Below, in pieces: positions 46,839 to 48,492 of a stretch of 48,492 bases of DNA. The position numbers and the translations under genes are program-made. The stretch is taken from positions 1-48,492 of the forward strand of contig CAITOC010000047.1 in assembly GCA_903893925.1 (NCBI GenBank), given 5' to 3'. The DNA comes from Candidatus Moraniibacteriota bacterium. GTDB lineage: Bacteria > Patescibacteriota > Minisyncoccia > Moranbacterales > UBA1568. Every line of letters starts with the position of its first letter. Position 1 is the stretch's first letter. The notes below the pieces were generated by a model that worked only from the letters and a program-made list of their open reading frames with translations, had not been told where the DNA came from and did not search any database.

Positions 46839-47075
46839 TTATCGTTTTTTGATCAGGAGTCCGAAATCGACGCAATTCCACTGGCATTGTGAGGCCGCCC
46901 CGTCCGTTCCCGTGCGAACAAGGGTGTCGCGACACTGCATAGCCATGCTGGAGCAGTGCTCTTTCTGTGAATTCCAATAATTCCAATTCGGTTCATACCC
47001 GAAATAGCCGAGTACGAATATGACTACGGTGAACGCCCCTACGATCCAGATGACGGTACGAAACAACGAAAACAT
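46839..47075 (-). CDS. Small membrane-anchored four-cysteine protein
   Basis: 78 aa with an N-terminal TM and C-x6-C...C-x3-C. Fits tightly in the operon (10-bp and 23-bp gaps). Confidence 0.7.
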   Translation of the reverse strand: MFSLFRTVIWIVGAFTVVIFVLGYFGYEPNWNYWNSQKEHCSSMAMQCRDTLVRTGTDGAASQCQWNCVDFGLLIKKR

Positions 47076-47085
47076 ACTCTATGCG

Positions 47086-48390
47086 TTATCGTCCGATTCC
47101 CTTGTATGCGATGCCGGCCTCTGTTATGGCTTGGCGGTCGAAAGTGTTCTGTCCGTCGATAAATACCCTGACTCCATGCTTTGCGAGCAGCTCTGGCGTA
47201 ATCGAATCCAGGAACTCGCGATGTGCGGTGACAAGGATGACCGCGTCGGAACGATCGAGTATCGCCTCGAGCGTCTTTTCCGAAGAGAGGCGTAAGATAT
47301 GCGGGTCGAAGGTCGCGATATCGGCGCCGTATCGTTCCAGTTCCGCAATGACATCTTCTGCGGGGGATTCCCGAAGATCGTCCACGTTCGGCTTGTAGGC
47401 GAGTCCGAGTACACCGACCTTGGTCCCGTTGAGCGGTAGACGGATCGAGTTCAGCTCGTCTTGCAACAGTTCGACCGCATAGGCCGGCATGGAGTTATTG
47501 ATTTCGCGAGCGATTTTGAGGAACCGGTGGTCGAAACCGGACTGTTTGGCCCGCTCGATGAGATAGTACGGGTCGACCGGGATGCAGTGTCCGCCTACGC
47601 CACACGACGGATAGTGCGCCATAAACGCGAACGGCTTGGTAGCCGCACCGCGAATCACGTCTTTCACGTCGATACCGAGCTTGTCGAACGAACGTGCGAG
47701 TTCATTGACGAATGCGATGTTGATGTCACGAAAAGAGTTCTCGACAATCTTGACTGCCTCGGCTTCCCGTATGGACTTCATCGGACGAATCTCTCCATCG
47801 ACGATACTTCCGTAGAAGGCGAGTGCCCGCTCCAGCCCCTCGGGACTCGTCGAACCGACGACGCGCGGGATGTTCTTGACCGACCACTTCGTGTCCCCGG
47901 GATTGATCCGTTCGGGACAATGTGCCAGATGGATATCCTGGCCTACGACGAAGCCGGCTTTTTCAAGTATCGGCTTGACCACTTCCTCGGACACTCCCGG
48001 ATTTACGGTCGATTCCAAAACAACGAGAGCACCCTTTTTCGCATACTTGGCGACAAGGTCGGTCGCTCCTTTGACCGGAGCGAGGTCGGGGAAATGCACG
48101 TCGTCGACGGGTGTCGGTACACAGATAAGGATGATATCGGCATCGGACAGTATTGACGGGTTGGTCGAGGCCGTGAACGGATACTTCGGCAGTTCTTCCG
48201 ACAAACCCGCATCCTCGATCGGGGACTTCCCATCGTTGATGAGAGTCACTTTGCGCTCATCGAGATCGAGTCCTGTGACGGAATATCCTCGCTCCACGGC
48301 TCGCACTGCGATCGGGAGGCCGACATAACCGAGACCGATAACGCACACGGATCGATCTTTCCCGGAAACCTTATTCATTGTTTCGGCCAT
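47086..48390 (-). CDS. UDP-N-acetylhexosamine 6-dehydrogenase (WecC/WbpA/TviB family)
   Basis: GLGYVGLP, ICVPTP, ESTVNPG, PERINPG, ENSFRDINIAFVNE, GVGGHCIPVDP and GLAYK..VDDLRESP. Confidence 0.92.
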   Translation of the reverse strand: MAETMNKVSGKDRSVCVIGLGYVGLPIAVRAVERGYSVTGLDLDERKVTLINDGKSPIEDAGLSEELPKYPFTASTNPSILSDADIILICVPTPVDDVHFPDLAPVKGATDLVAKYAKKGALVVLESTVNPGVSEEVVKPILEKAGFVVGQDIHLAHCPERINPGDTKWSVKNIPRVVGSTSPEGLERALAFYGSIVDGEIRPMKSIREAEAVKIVENSFRDINIAFVNELARSFDKLGIDVKDVIRGAATKPFAFMAHYPSCGVGGHCIPVDPYYLIERAKQSGFDHRFLKIAREINNSMPAYAVELLQDELNSIRLPLNGTKVGVLGLAYKPNVDDLRESPAEDVIAELERYGADIATFDPHILRLSSEKTLEAILDRSDAVILVTAHREFLDSITPELLAKHGVRVFIDGQNTFDRQAITEAGIAYKGIGR

Positions 48391-48492
48391 AATTCATCAT
48401 TACATGTTTCAGTGACAGTATACGGAAAAGAAGCGAATAAATCAATCAATGATGATAGATTGCCATTATATTATTGTTTCTTTCCCATTTCG

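Overview
A dense cell-surface glycan locus of about 38 genes. The gene content suggests a CPR/Parcubacteria-type bacterium, but that is inference and no marker gene is present. The window encodes two nucleotide-sugar dehydrogenases, three polyprenol-phosphate GT2 enzymes, three GT4s, an AsnB amidotransferase between two UPF0104 flippase-like genes, a Wzx flippase and a WaaL-like ligase. It also holds about 12 multi-pass GT-C-type proteins: eight paralogs of one ArnT/PMT-like family, six of them in tandem, plus a protein matching eukaryotic Alg10 motifs. Unexpected passengers are a membrane-anchored GH28, a thymidylate-kinase-fold protein, and an RtcB homolog that keeps its metal and guanylylation residues but has lost several basic residues. 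At the DNA level there are six copies of a ~105-bp intergenic element with conserved arms and a covarying, interchangeable central hairpin. Palindromic repeats are inserted in frame in the WaaL-like gene, and a promoter-driven structured ncRNA candidate lies at ~1447-1746. No rRNA, tRNA, CRISPR array or transposase was seen.
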